Below are positions 27,684-40,235 of a stretch of DNA of 64,000 nt, piece after piece (position 1 is the first letter of the stretch; each line of letters begins with the position of its first letter). The position numbers were made by a program, and so were the translations under genes. The notes under the pieces were generated by a model. It worked only from the letters and a program-made list of their open reading frames with translations. It did no database searches and was not told where the DNA came from. The DNA comes from Octopus sinensis (lineage: Eukaryota): NCBI RefSeq assembly GCF_006345805.1, contig NC_043010.1, positions 16,616,001-16,680,000 of the forward strand, in the 5' to 3' direction.

Positions 27684-27970
27684 AAGGCACATGGTCTAGT
27701 GGTTAGGGTGTTACACTCAAGATCACTAGATCATGGGTTTGATTCCCAGACTAGCTGCACATTGTGTTGTTGAGCAAGACACTTCATTTCATGTCGCTCC
27801 TGTCCACTCAGCAGTAAGTGGGGGACGCTGATGGAGTAGCTGTCCTATCAGTGGGGAGGCTGGCATGCTCACTTAGTCAGCAAGGTGGCTTTTCATTCCA
27901 AAGCTAAAACAATGTGAAGTGCATTGTGATCAGTGATGTATCACGATGTCTGACAGTCTGGTCCATCACG
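27684..27970 (+). mobile_element. tRNA-derived SINE followed by an (AGT)n tail
   Basis: A box tggtctagtgg and B box ggtttgattccc. The 3' end resembles 11560-11650. Confidence 0.7.
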
Positions 27971-28189
27971 AGTAGTAGTAGTAGTAGTAGCTCTCTGACA
28001 TTGTAGACATAATATATAGTACAGTCTCTTTATACACACAATTAACGAAAATTTGTAACTTTGACTTAAGATGACAAACTTGCAAAGAGAGTGACTGGAG
28101 TTGATTAAATTGATTGATTACACAATTGATACTGACTAATGCGTGTTTTAGAAAACTCAGATGATTTGAAGGAATAAAACTAAATGCTA
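27966..28189 (-). CDS. Candidate next/terminal exon completing the macrodomain
   Basis: Acceptor cttccttgcag| is in phase 1 with the previous donor and in frame with the 88-codon ORF 27966-28232. It reads ST-V-AFSFIP...LVSINCVINQFNQLQSLSLQVCHLKSKLQIF, comparable to the helix-strand-helix end of macrodomains. No nearby polyA signal was seen, so this is uncertain. Confidence 0.45.
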
Positions 28190-28597
28190 CTGCAAGGAAG
28201 TATCTAGTGCTGTGCTGTTTCATTTCTGCCATTTTGCTGCCCTCCTCTCAAACATTACAAATATTATTATATCATTGATAATATCTCAGAACTTCAAAAA
28301 CACGCAATAAACATTGCCATTCCATATCTGTCAAACATCTAACACTGGAATCTGCTATAGATTATCTATAGACTACCATTATTAGAGAGATGCTAGGCTA
28401 CCATAACAATACAATGTGTTAAAATATTAGAAATCAACCATTTACAATTGTCATAATTAAGCTATTGTCAGGAATTGATATACAAGTCTTCTACATAGAA
28501 CATGTTTGACAGAACTTCAGAACTATTTATTAAATTTTAAAGAGAAAACATTAAAAAGTAAAAAAAAGCAAACATATTGAAGGATAAGAGAACTCAC

Positions 28598-31190
28598 CTG
28601 TACTTATTGGAGGAAATGCTATCGACCTGGCTTTTAACTTTCCATTTGCGTAATTAATGCAGTTGATATAACTATGAACCAATGCGCTGTGACATTGCTT
28701 GATATCAGCATAATCATTAAAAAATGGGGCAGAGACATGGATAACATAATTTGCCCTTAATAGCCCACCAGCTCTGGTACACACTATGTTGCTAACATCC
28801 AACAAGCCATTTTTCAGGGATATTTCCCGGCACATCTTATCAAAATCAGGGCCGGCAGCATGAGAGATGGCTTGTGCGATACCGCCAGTGCTCTGGAGAA
28901 GCTGATTGGCTGGGCTGACAATGACTGTCGTGTCGATATGGGTAATACTTTCACAAAGTACAACAACAGAGATACCACCTTGAAAATGGAGAGAGAAGTT
29001 AGCTAGGAATTGTAAGTCTTTATCCCTGAAGCCAACGCACCGCGGTATTGCAGACTTTGATTTGCACTCGCTTGCGCTATCATCAGTTTTCTGTTTACAC
29101 TGTGTAGTATTGCTACAGTCACTCATTTTATCAGTAGCACTTTTAGCTTTGATTGGTGGATTTTGTCGTTTAGGTTTCCGTCTTCTCCCACGAGGTGGAT
29201 GCACAGGTGAGTTGACATCTTCAGTTTGTTCTTCACTCGAGTGTTGCTGGTATCCCTTTTCAGATACCCCTGTATCCTCATGACTACTATGTCGGTGTCT
29301 GTCTCGCCAGCTCTTAACTTCACATTGGTCATCTTGTCGTGATGGGGAGCAGTTAGTCTCCACACTGTCGTCATAGCTACTACGTCTCTGCCGGACCAGC
29401 GGAGAGCGCTTTCCACCTTTAGCCTCCCTGCTGCTCTGATGGGTCTTGTGTAACGATGGACAGTGATTTGAGTCGGCAGAATCCAAGACACTGTTTCCAC
29501 ACTGTCGTGGAGATGGCAAACTTGTATTAACATTTTCAAAATTGCTACTTCCACGACGGTAACTCCCTGGTGTGTTAGGGTCCAGTGGTTCATGTTTACT
29601 GCTTTTATGGCTCCTTGTTTCTGAGCTCCCCCTCTCGCGACATGTTCCGCGGTGTGGTGATGGGCTGTTGTCTGATGACCCATCAACGCTATTGTTACGA
29701 CATCGACTAGAAGTTTTCTCAACAGAAGTCCACGCTGGATCTAGCCGATCTTGTTGGTTATCTCCAATACTACCTCTTTTTTCAGTTGACGTCTTAATTT
29801 CAGTCCAATGAGCACTACGTCTTCGTGCAGGACTTTCATGTGTTCTATCAGGGGCTTCACTTAAACCTCGGTAATGCAAGTTTTGACTCTGGCAACTTTC
29901 GCTCCGATCCCGATTTGGTGAAAAGCTGCTACTTCGACTACTGTTTCGATGTGAGACACTTCCCCGGTGAGTTCTACGACTTTTTGCTCTGCTTGAACTG
30001 ATGCAAGATTTTTCTAGATCTCTCTCATCACAGATTCGGTCTCTAGAGTGACATCGGTTACATTTGTTGCGGGTACAAGTTTCTTTTGTTTTCTCTAAAT
30101 GTTTGTGACATTCACGAGTATTTGCGGCCCCATAATCTTTATCCTGAGAGTTTTTACATTGATTTCCTACTCCTTGACACTCCTTAGAGCGTGGTGTCGG
30201 GCTAGTTCGTCGGGAAGATCCCTCACAGTTTGTGCCAAGACAGTTTTCCCCTGAGCAATGGTAATCAGCCTGTTGGCAAGAAGATGGCACCACACCATCA
30301 GCTCCTTTCTCATATTCAGAGTCACCTTTAATATTGACTGACTTTCTCACATCTTCCCAGTAAAAACTAGATTTGCGAATATGACATGGTGAGGAATCTC
30401 TGTGGTCTGCTTCTTTCAGCCATTGTCCCTGGACTTTATCAAGATGGTTCAAGTCATGGCATTGAGGTTTTGCTGCATCACAGCCATCTGGCTTTAACAA
30501 GGAATCCCCGGCTTGGTCTGAGATTTTCTTGTCTCGATCTAAGCTATCATCTCTATTTGAACGTGTGCTCCAGTTACGCATCCTTCCTTCTTTCTTGTAC
30601 AGCTCCCACTGGCTGTCGGGGTAATGATACTCATCATAGACCACTGTTGATTTGTCAGGTTGGTAAAAGGTCGATAAAAATCGCTCACGAGCCAGTTTCA
30701 TGTAAGCTCGACGATGCCTGGGGCTGTCAAAGTCGATGCCACTGTATCCACCAGACTCTGGCTTCTGTTTATCACTGGTGCCATCTGCTACAGCACATGA
30801 CAATGTTGGCACTGTTGTGGTTGTTGTTGTTGGGGATGTTGTTGTGTTTGTTGTTGTCATGTTAGTGTCTTTTAGCTTTGAGTCATTTAATTGATGGAAA
30901 GGGCTGTTACTTGAGAGGTTTTCTTTCTGTGGATCCAGATTTTCATTTAAGTTGTCTTTGCTGCTCTTTTTCGGCGACTCACATTCAGATCCACTCTCCT
31001 GCATCTTCTCTAATAGAACCTTGGCACACTCCAGTGAATACCAGGTTCCTTCCAAGCCATAAAGTGAGGTACGTTTATCAATACCGAACCGGACTTTGGG
31101 GATTGAAGTGAGTTCTCGGATGTACTTCTCATTTCTCAACAGCAGGTTTGTGATATCGGGGTCGAGAGTTGCGGTCATTGACACAAAAAC
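28598..31190 (-). CDS. Large exon (2593 nt): KH-like segment, Ser/Arg-rich disordered linker, macrodomain
   Basis: Lies within the 877-codon ORF 28551-31184. Acceptor ttttctaaacag|GTT, donor ACAG|gtgagt. Macrodomain motifs IVSPAN..GGIAQAI..AAG, TRAGGLL.A.YVIHV and ARSIAFPPISTG. The N-terminal VSMTATLDPD...LEGTW...AKVLL resembles PARP14/DTX3L KH-like repeats. Confidence 0.92.
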
Positions 31191-31248
31191 CTGTTTAGAA
31201 AAGAAAGGAACAAAGTTAGTCTCTTTTAAAATTCTTCAAATGCTGCTG

Positions 31249-31284
<36 letters not shown>

Positions 31285-31951
31285 GATATCAGATGTCTTG
31301 CAGGTGTTGAAGACATGTGCAGAGATGTGGCTTGCATTCTTTTTTTAAAAATCACTCAGGAAATTTAACTGATTCCATCTAGAAATCGATGCCAGGTCAT
31401 GGACCAATTTTGAGAGGAGTGTAACCACTAGTCTTTGATGTACATCCTGGAGGTGGATTCCTAGTAGTAGTAGTAGTAGTAGTAGTCATATTATTAACAA
31501 CAATAACAAATCCTTACATTATTGGTGAGAAGCCACATATTTTTATAAAAGAGATAGAACGAAATAAACTCCAGTACTTACTGCACCCTGGAGGGTCCAA
31601 AACTCAAAAACTGAATCTATCAGGTTATGACCTCAGCATTTAGAGAAGAATAACATTAAATACTTCTAAAGATCAAATTCACTTCCCACTGCACATCTCC
31701 AACTAATTTTTATCATATTAAATACTAAAGTTCTCTCCCTTGCTCTATTTCCATTGTTAATAACACTGATGACTTTTCTTCTCGTTATGAGCGGTGTTCC
31801 AAGTAATTAAAAATTGTTTCTAAACCATTACACTTTGTTAACTCGCACGTAACTATGGGTTTCTTATACTGAAGACTGCTGGGAATTTAGTTTCATGCTC
31901 GACTATTCTTGCTAACACCCTGCCCTAAGACATTAATGATAATAAAAATAA

Positions 31952-32180
31952 GGTGGCGAGCTGGCAGAACTGTTAGCACGCTGGGCGAAATGCTTTTCGG
32001 TATTTTGTCTGCTGTTACGTTGTGAGTTCAAATTCTGCCGAGGTCGACTTTGCCTTTCATCCTTTCGGGGTCGATAAATTAAGTACCAGTTACGCACTGG
32101 GGGCCATGTAATTGACTTAATCCGTTTGTCTGTCCTTGTTTGTCCCCTATGTGTTTAGCCCCTTGTGGGTAGTAAAGAAA
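31952..32180 (+). mobile_element. Full-length SINE of the MetaSINE/MESC-like family
   Basis: A-box-like ggcgagctggcagaa, B-box-like gagttcaaattc, then the core cctttcatcctttcggggtcgataaattaagtaccag. Confidence 0.8.
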
Positions 32181-32197
32181 CATAATAATAATAATAA

Positions 32198-32660
32198 ACC
32201 ACGGAGAGTGGCAGAGTCAGAGACTGGCAAAATCCTCTGGGATTTCTCAATCCAAATAGATCAGGACCACATATGCTATATAATTGATGTTGCAAGCCCC
32301 CCTTGACATAGGAATAGTCAGGAAGGGAGTCAAAAAGATAGATACAACCCTCTTAAGTATGAAATAGCCCAGCTATGGAAAATGAAGAAGGTGAAGATAA
32401 TCCCAATCATTGTTGGGTCGTTGGGAACAGTATCAGAAGGCATCAAGAGGAATATAAAAGAAATTGGAATAGAGTGCCTAGTAGAACTGTTACAAAAGGT
32501 TTGCTTCCTTGGCACTGCCAGAATAAGCAGGAAAGTATTAGATAGCTGAAAAAAATAGATAGCATGGTACTGTAGGCTGTAGGTAGTAAGCCCGCTACAC
32601 ATGCAAGACTTCAGGAGCTCCAATAAAACTTGTGATAAAGAGATAATAATAATAATAATG
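32198..32660 (+). mobile_element. 5'-truncated R4/Dong (restriction-like endonuclease) LINE 3' end in a (TAA)n tract
   Basis: Frameshifted translation KILWDFSIQ...IIDVASP...LKYEIAQLWKMKKVKIIPIIVGSLG...LQKVCFLGTARI.RKVL. AATAAA and a (TAA)n tail at the 3' end, (TAA)n also on the 5' side. Confidence 0.78.
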
Positions 32661-34589
32661 CTATAGTGCACCCATCCTGAAATGGACACAGGTGGTGGTT
32701 TTGTTCAACATCCTCAAACTACCCTTATTCAGAGACATTTTGAGTGGGATGGGCTACTCAATCTGAAGAAGATTCTAACTGGGCCCCCACCTGCAAGGCC
32801 ATGCACTGTTTATCTTGGTATGCGATCGCCATGTCACGTACATGGTTGTGATGCATGTGCCTGGTGTACCCTAATCAGACGGGCAGTCATGATGGGTATA
32901 TTGGGCTTTGTATATTTTCCCCCAGTGTCACTTTGATGGCATGCACTGCTCTCTCACTCAATAATAATAATAATAACAGTAATTGTTTCTAGTTTAGGCA
33001 CAAGGACAGCAATAACTGAAATGATGGATATAAAGAGAGAAGATGGAGAGAGAAGTGTGAACTGATTGTCTGTGACAACTTTAGGAAAGAAATTCAGACT
33101 GCTGAGAAAACATGACTGAAGAACTGTTGCTTAATTGAAGAAATGTTCAAAGAAGAAGAAGAAGAAGACAATGTCAACAATGATTTAGTGTTTAGACAAC
33201 AACAACAACAACAACAACAGAAGGAACAAGATGAAGTTGATCCCTACAATAGAAATGAAGAGATCTTGTTCTCATTACAACAGTTTCACTGCCTCCTCTG
33301 CAACTTACCCCAATGAACTCTAAACAAGGAAGGTTAATAATTTCAAAATGTCTGAAGGATGATGTTACCATTGTCTATTTTGGTGCAAAATTTGCTCCTC
33401 TCAAGAGAAAGGGTTCTTTTTTTTCCCTAGAATTCAAAGACACACATAACATTTTACTCCTAATCTTTATAAGTATTCACATTACCTCCTTGCAAGCACA
33501 CATGCATATGAAGTAAAGTCTTGCTGGTCTCAGTACACCCTCTTAAAACTAATAATTTTATGAACAAATGAGGGAGCCTCTGTGTTGTTTGAACTCCTAT
33601 AAATAGTAGCCAAGTTTTCCTCAAATGATAACATAGTCCTAGATACACTGTTTCATAAAACTGGATATGTATGGCTAAAAGTAAGCTGGATCACAAATGA
33701 CCAACGGCTAAATAACAATAACTTATAACCATTTAAACTTATAAACCTGAATTTCATTCATGATTTTACCTGAATAAAGTTTGTCTTTTCCACAGTTCCA
33801 ATCTTCTTGTTAATACTTCAATACAGAAAATATAAATGACTAAAGATTAACCAAATAGTCAACAATTTTGACTATCATTAGTCATGTCAAATACCCAGAA
33901 TTCCTAACTGATGAGAAAAGGTACAATAATATCCTCTCTATTTCCTAAATCTTATCAAAATGTGAATTGTTTAGCAAATATAACATTAGAATAATAATAA
34001 TGATAATAGTGTCTGTCTCACCGAAATGATAGTGCGGTATTGTTACCTGATTTTGTCATTTCAAGTAAAACATTATGACATTGATGTATGCGATGCAATC
34101 ATCATCATTGCATTTGAAATTGCTTAACGGTTGATTTCTGAAAACTTTCAGACAACGTTTCCCATCCTCTGTATCTACTGATTTTGCTTTGTACACCGCT
34201 ATTAATAATAGTAAATAGTTAATCTTATAGTCTTTGGTGGTTTGTATATAGGATGGTGGTGTTGTCAACTAAGGTTTTCATTTTCTATGTAGTTTCATTT
34301 CATTATATGTTCTGTAATAGCTGCTGGCTGTAATTGCATGCTATTGGAGCCACATGTGCTTCTGATCAGCCTAAAGTTAAAACACTGCTATCTCTATTCC
34401 ACAACACTCCTAGCTATAAACAACCACAGAACTGAGTTATGGTTCACTGTTACAAATTCACAAGTATTTCATTAGGGTATCCTACTAAACCTAATCTCTT
34501 TTCTAACCGCAAAATGCTTTGCTACTTCAAACTGATTTGCTTAGCAAGAATTACACATCAATAATAACCATCTGACCTAATATGTTATT

Positions 34590-34975
34590 GGATTTGTACG
34601 TGTGTGTAACAAGAGTCATGTGCAGTATGTGTATGTGTGTGTGTACTGTGTGTGCTTTGTGTATAGTGTGTGTGCGTGCCGTATTGTGTGTGTGTGTGTG
34701 CATGCTGTATTGTGTGTATGTGTACTGTATGTGAGTGTACTGTGTGCGTGTGCTGTATGTTTGTGCTGTATTGTGTGTGCGTATGTGATTTATGTGTGTA
34801 CTGTATGTGTGTTTGTGTGTGTGTGGTGTGTGTGTGTGTGCATGTGGTGTGTGTGTGTGTGGTGTGTGTGCATGTGGTGTGTGTGGTGTGTGTGTGTGTG
34901 TGTGCATGTGATGTGTTGTGTGTGTGTGTGTGCATGTGGTGTGTGTGTATGCATGTGGTGTGTGTGTGTGTGTCA
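34590..34975. repeat. Compound (TG)n / (GTGTGTGCATGTG) simple repeat
   Basis: Direct reading. Confidence 0.95.
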
Positions 34976-35302
34976 AAAGTCCAAAATCTAAAAAATGCCT
35001 TTCTTTGAACCGCTGAAGACAAATTTGTTAAACACGGAATGCGGAATTCTCACCCCCACCCACTCCCCACCAATTGGTTTATGATATTTCTTAAATTTGT
35101 TGACCTTATTTCAGGTGCTCACACCTGCCTTACCAACAGAGAAGAACATTTCTGTTGTCGACTTTATTTCAACGATGACCACCACCCCTACTGCCATTCC
35201 CAAAACTCCACTAGTCAGACAGTAGTCACATTGAGGTTTTAATGATCTTGAAAGACCAAACTTCTTTAAATTCATGGCCAATGAAACGCCTTTGAGGAAA
35301 CC

Positions 35303-35332
35303 GTTGCAACCGAATTGAGTTGCCATGGTTAC
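35303..35332. promoter_or_regulatory. RFX X-box (GTTGCCATGGTTAC, 35319-35332) with an adjacent GTTGCAAC palindrome
   Basis: 13/14 match to the palindromic consensus GTTRCCATGGYAAC, in non-repeat, relatively CpG-retaining sequence. Confidence 0.5.
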
Positions 35333-36789
35333 AGGGTGGGTTTGTATCTGTTTATTTGATGTAACAACAAGTAATTCAAACAGTTCACCAAACCAAAGAT
35401 AAACAGACTGTCCATCCGTAAGCATACTTTTGTCATAAATATTGGTCGTGAAAGAAAACATGGCATTGAAGAGCAATAAACTGCAACTATGAATGTAATG
35501 TGTGGCACTTTATAGATCATGTGACCAGCTTCTGATGTTGGGTTTAGGATTAAAACCTTTCAACAGTTATTTGTCAGTTCTTGCAACCAACTTGATGATG
35601 GTTACAATTGCAATAATAAACTCAGTCTGTGCAAAATGTTTAAGTATGGATTAACCAAACACACAAATGTAAATGCGTGTGTGCATGCGTGTGTGTGTGT
35701 GTGTAGATGCATATTTTCACACAAGATGACAGAGTAAGATTGGTTTACTTTTTCTATCTACAAGTTTTGTTAATGCAAATCCTGGATTCTGTTTACACAC
35801 ACACACACACACACACATACACACAGACAATATCCAGATTCCAAGATTGGGGATGCTGGTTATAGTAGCCGCAACACTTTAAGAAGTAATGACCCCTAAA
35901 GCCTATAGAAATGAAGGCTCCAAAGCCAGTCCTTCCTTGCTGACCAATGGATTATAAAACCATCCTAATCATATGCACCCCTGTTTCTGTTTTTTTTTTT
36001 CTCCCAAGCACAATGTATCTGGGACTACATTGTTTAATGTGTCAATCCTTTTTGATGGCAATGATTATGATTTCCATTAGATTTCTGCAGAGGCGCAATC
36101 ACATGGCTTTATGTTCAGTCTCCTTGCACACCACTTTGGGGAATTGTGTTTTGCTGCAACCCCAAACAGACCAATGCCTTGTGAGTGCATCTGACAGAGA
36201 GAAACTGTACAAAGAGCATCACACACACACACACCTAAACAAACACAAATGTATACACAATATGCCCATACTCACCTAAACCAGCATAAACATCATCATC
36301 ATCTACCGTCCATTGTCCATGCTGGCATGGGTTGGACATAGACACACACACACAAAGGCCTTCTGATTGAATTTGGAAGGCAGAAGTTCCTGTTGTGTGT
36401 GTACATGTGTGTGAAAGTGTTGATGCCTCCTAACAGAGAGGAGGGGTAATATATATATATATATATGCGCACACACACACATATATACATCTAGACATCT
36501 AAATGCCAAGCAACAGAGGCAGACATTATTTTTATGATACGCAGTACCAGACATGTCTGCTCAAAACAGATTGAAGCAGATACGTGAACACCCATTCCCA
36601 TCTCCTGACACACACACACACACATTTTAAATTAAAAAGTAAAGAGCAACCGTTCAAAGGCAAATGTGACATGGACCCTTCATTACCAATTCTTTCATCT
36701 TTTTATTGATTTCAGGGACTGGTCATGCTGCAGTACTGCCTGTGAGGTTTTGCAGTCAGCCACATCTAGTGCCAATACTCATTTTATCA

Positions 36790-37830
36790 AGTGGTCAACA
36801 TAATTTCTTTGATAGAAATGTCAAACACATAAGCACTAATACAGACCCACACATGCATGTAAAGGCAGGGGTGGCTTCTTCTAGATTGCCCATGGGCAAG
36901 GGATGGCAGTACAAACGCTTCTGGGGGTAGGGTGGCAATGAGGTCATGGGTGGAGTAGACATAACCTTAGCAGAGAAATGGGTTGATGAAAAGATGGAGG
37001 TGGAGAGTGTGAAAGGAGTGATACGATTAATGGTAGATGCTAGAGGCTGGACTGACAGATGGACAGAAGGAAGTGTTTCTCTGAGGCTCGTCTGCAATTT
37101 ATCATGACGATGGATGATAATTACATTCTCATCGCTGATGACTTCAACAGACATGGTGGACTGGACTCCAGTGGATTTCAAAATATTCATACAGGTTATA
37201 GCTTTGCTACTAGAAATGAGGAGTGAACAAGGTTGCTGGAGTTCTGGAATGAAAATGAATTGTCGATATCCGACACTAACTGAGGAAACCTGCTAGCCAC
37301 CTGGTCACCTATTGATCTGGTGGGCACACAAACTACATTGACTACATTCTCACCAGAAATAGCAATAGGCCGATGCTGGTGAATGCAAAGTCCTCCTTTT
37401 CTAGTGAAGAATATACTTCCTAACATAGGTTGATAGTGAACTAGAAGGATTCAGAGAGAAACCAATTTAGAAAAGGAAGATATGGAAACTTAAAGATCCA
37501 TGAAACAGAGATTTAATGGTATTCTAATTAAGGAATTTGATAAGAAGGAAGAGGAGACAGAGACCTGTGATGTAGAGGACAACTGGAACGTCTTATGGGA
37601 CAACCTACTGAGGGTCACAGAACAAACCTGTGGCTTGTGCAAAGTTGCAGCCAGATCAAAGGTTACATGATGGTGGAACAGAGAAGTAGACAGAATCATA
37701 AAAGCAAAGAAGAAGGTTTGGAAGTTTTTGAAGAATGTGGGTAACAAAGAACTCTACTATGTACCTAGGGGAGAAGCTAGAAGATAAGGGTTATTAAGTA
37801 AGGGGAAAAGCAGAAAGGAAGAGGTTTGTC
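36790..37830 (+). mobile_element. Decayed RTE-clade LINE fragment (AP endonuclease region and linker)
   Basis: Broken frames give YK.FW.G...GGVDITLAEKWVD, GF.NIH.GY.FATRNEE..RLLEF and WWNREVDRIIKAKKKVWK. Boundaries approximate. Confidence 0.8.
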
Positions 37831-38437
37831 AATATTCTACCTAATTAGTGTGGTGGTGGTGGGTCAATGTGTATGTATCTATGAGTCTAATTCAATAGAA
37901 GAATTTCATATATAAAAAAAAAACCTTATTTGTTTCAACATGAGTTGATGAATTTCTTTCAAATGCAACAAATAACTTCCTAGCCACAAACTCTATTCAG
38001 GGTGTATCGTGTTTATTTCTTGTAAAGGTGCCTACTTCTGGTTTCCATTGGATACTACATTTTTTTTTAGTTCTATTATGTGAGGATCTATTATGTGCTG
38101 CTTCCGTGTTATCAATGTATTCTATGAAGCAGACATCTAAACTGTTGTTGACAGACCAATAGAGTGGGTTTTGTTAACACATCTTGTCACTGTTACACTG
38201 CAGCAGAATAATATTACAGGTAGATTCTGTGTGCAGTTTCATTCCATTGAAACAACTTTTAAAGCATTTACATTCTTCTTTTACCAAATTCTAAATAATT
38301 TTAATAACATCAAGTGATGGTTTGTTGCCAACTTAATGTTGCAGTGCCAGGAAAGGGAATAATGCTACTGCTATTTGGCCCCACGAAACATCATTTCCAG
38401 TTGACTGTGTGATACAAGCATTCTGTGTCCTTATCAG

Positions 38438-38913
38438 TGAGGAGGGTGCTTGTTGGACACTGTGCAGGACGTAAAATAAGACCTGTCAAAGAGCAGTCAA
38501 TGGCTATCCAACAATATGTGTACATGTATATGCATGCGTGAAAATACCTGGGTTAGTGTCCAGGCACACGGTTGGCCCACTGGGAGTGGGAGGACTCTCT
38601 ATTATTGTCATAACATTTGTCAAGGAGAGGAAAACTCGGAGAAAACCTGTGACACTGACAATATCCGATGATGTAGACTAGTTCTTCTTTTCGAGTTTAT
38701 TTTGTCCATGTTCAGGGAGTGGGATTGGCTTTGTGAAAATCCTTTCCCTCTATAAAAAAATCATTATGCACAGGTATCATTTGAAGAAAGAAAAAAAAAC
38801 CTATCACAAAGATGGCTGGTCATAGCCCTCGCATGTGTGGGACTTTCGATCAGGTGATGGAAATACTCAAACAAGCTTGCAATCACACACACACACACAC
38901 ACATACATACACA
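38438..38913 (+). repeat. Flank of maT copy 1, duplicated in inverted orientation at 49453-49912
   Basis: Sequence from gtgaggagggtgc to the left TIR is the reverse complement of 49453-49912, apart from small indels. Confidence 0.9.
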
Positions 38914-40212
38914 CACTGGGTGCAATGGACAAATTGTTGCCATCTTACATTTTTAATTTTGCGTATGTGTATTGTTTTTGATTTTTCAAGTACACAGTAT
39001 AGTAGGGTCAGTTGAGCAGCATCTGTGAAAAAGACACAGCACCATGATGCAGTTCTCTCTGCCAGAAATTTGGAAATGACATGCTGTACTGCTTGACATT
39101 CATGCCGGAAGCTCCAATGCGAACATTTAAGAGTGTTTGGGTGTCAATCTGAGGACAGTGCAGAGAATTCAGATAGAGTTGGATGAATGTAATGGTGATT
39201 ATGAAGGTATGGCAGCTTGGAAAACTCACTCTGATCATTCCGATAAGAAAAGAACTCCTGAATCTGTTGGTGAGATCCAGGCCGTAATGGACAACAAACC
39301 CTCTAAGTCAGTCAGGCCCATCGCCAGGGACATGGGAGTGTCTGAGTTTCTTATCACGCAGGTAATGCATGAAGATGTTCAGTATTCCTCATACAAGATG
39401 AGAAAGGGCCAATTTTTAACCCAAGACATCAAGGACAAGAGGAAAGACCATGCTACGAAGCTTTTGAACAAATGCAAGCATCCCCTCCAACCAAACATGC
39501 TTTGGCTTTACAGGAAAAATCTCTGCCAAGATCAGGCAGTGAACATACAGAACAACCGTTGGCTTACCATGTCCCCAAAACATGTATAGAAACTGATAGA
39601 AATCAAACATCCAGTCAACATCATGGTGTTTGGAGTGATCACTAGTGATGGCGACGTTATGCCTTCATTCATCTTCCCACACAGCTTCAGACTCGACATG
39701 GAGGCCTACATCAAGTGCCTGGAGGAGGTAGTGCTGCCCTGGATCAAGAGGGTGGCTGCTGGAAGACCCTATGTCTGGCAACAGGACTCTGCACTATGCC
39801 GCACAAGCAGGTGAAACCAAGTTATAGCTGTCAGACAATTTCTGCAACCACATCACCCCTAACATCAGACCACCTAACTCCCCACACTGCAACTGCCTTG
39901 ATTATTATGTGTGGGGTGCAGTTGACCAAGAGACCAACAAAACTCTGTGTAACGCCAAAGATGAACTGAAGGCAAGGATTATGGCAGCATTCACCAGCTT
40001 AAACAAGGAAACCGTCCAGAAGAGTTGCAGGAGATTCTGAAATCGTCTGGAGACCCTTGTTGAACCCAATGGCAATTTTATGGAATAAATGTACTCTTTA
40101 GTATTTCAAGATATTTTAATGTAATTTTGGTAAACATATCTGTTAAAATGAGATGTCATGTCATTTTCAGTTTTGCATAATTTAGATGACAGCTTATTCA
40201 CTGCACCCTGTA
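38914..40212 (+). mobile_element. Defective maT-type (DD37D) Tc1/mariner DNA transposon, copy 1
   Basis: Imperfect TIRs (cactgggtgcaatggacaaattgt / cttattcactgcaccctgta). Transposase fragments at 39137-39589 and 39623-39814 continue to WPPNSP-like...LDYY. 37 residues lie between QQD and the final D after correcting a +1 frameshift. Confidence 0.9.
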
Positions 40213-40235
40213 TATGTTATATATATATATATATA

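Noticed and set aside
29062-31368. Plus-strand and alternate-frame ORFs overlapping the large exon
   Set aside because: Shadows of the GC-richer coding exon.
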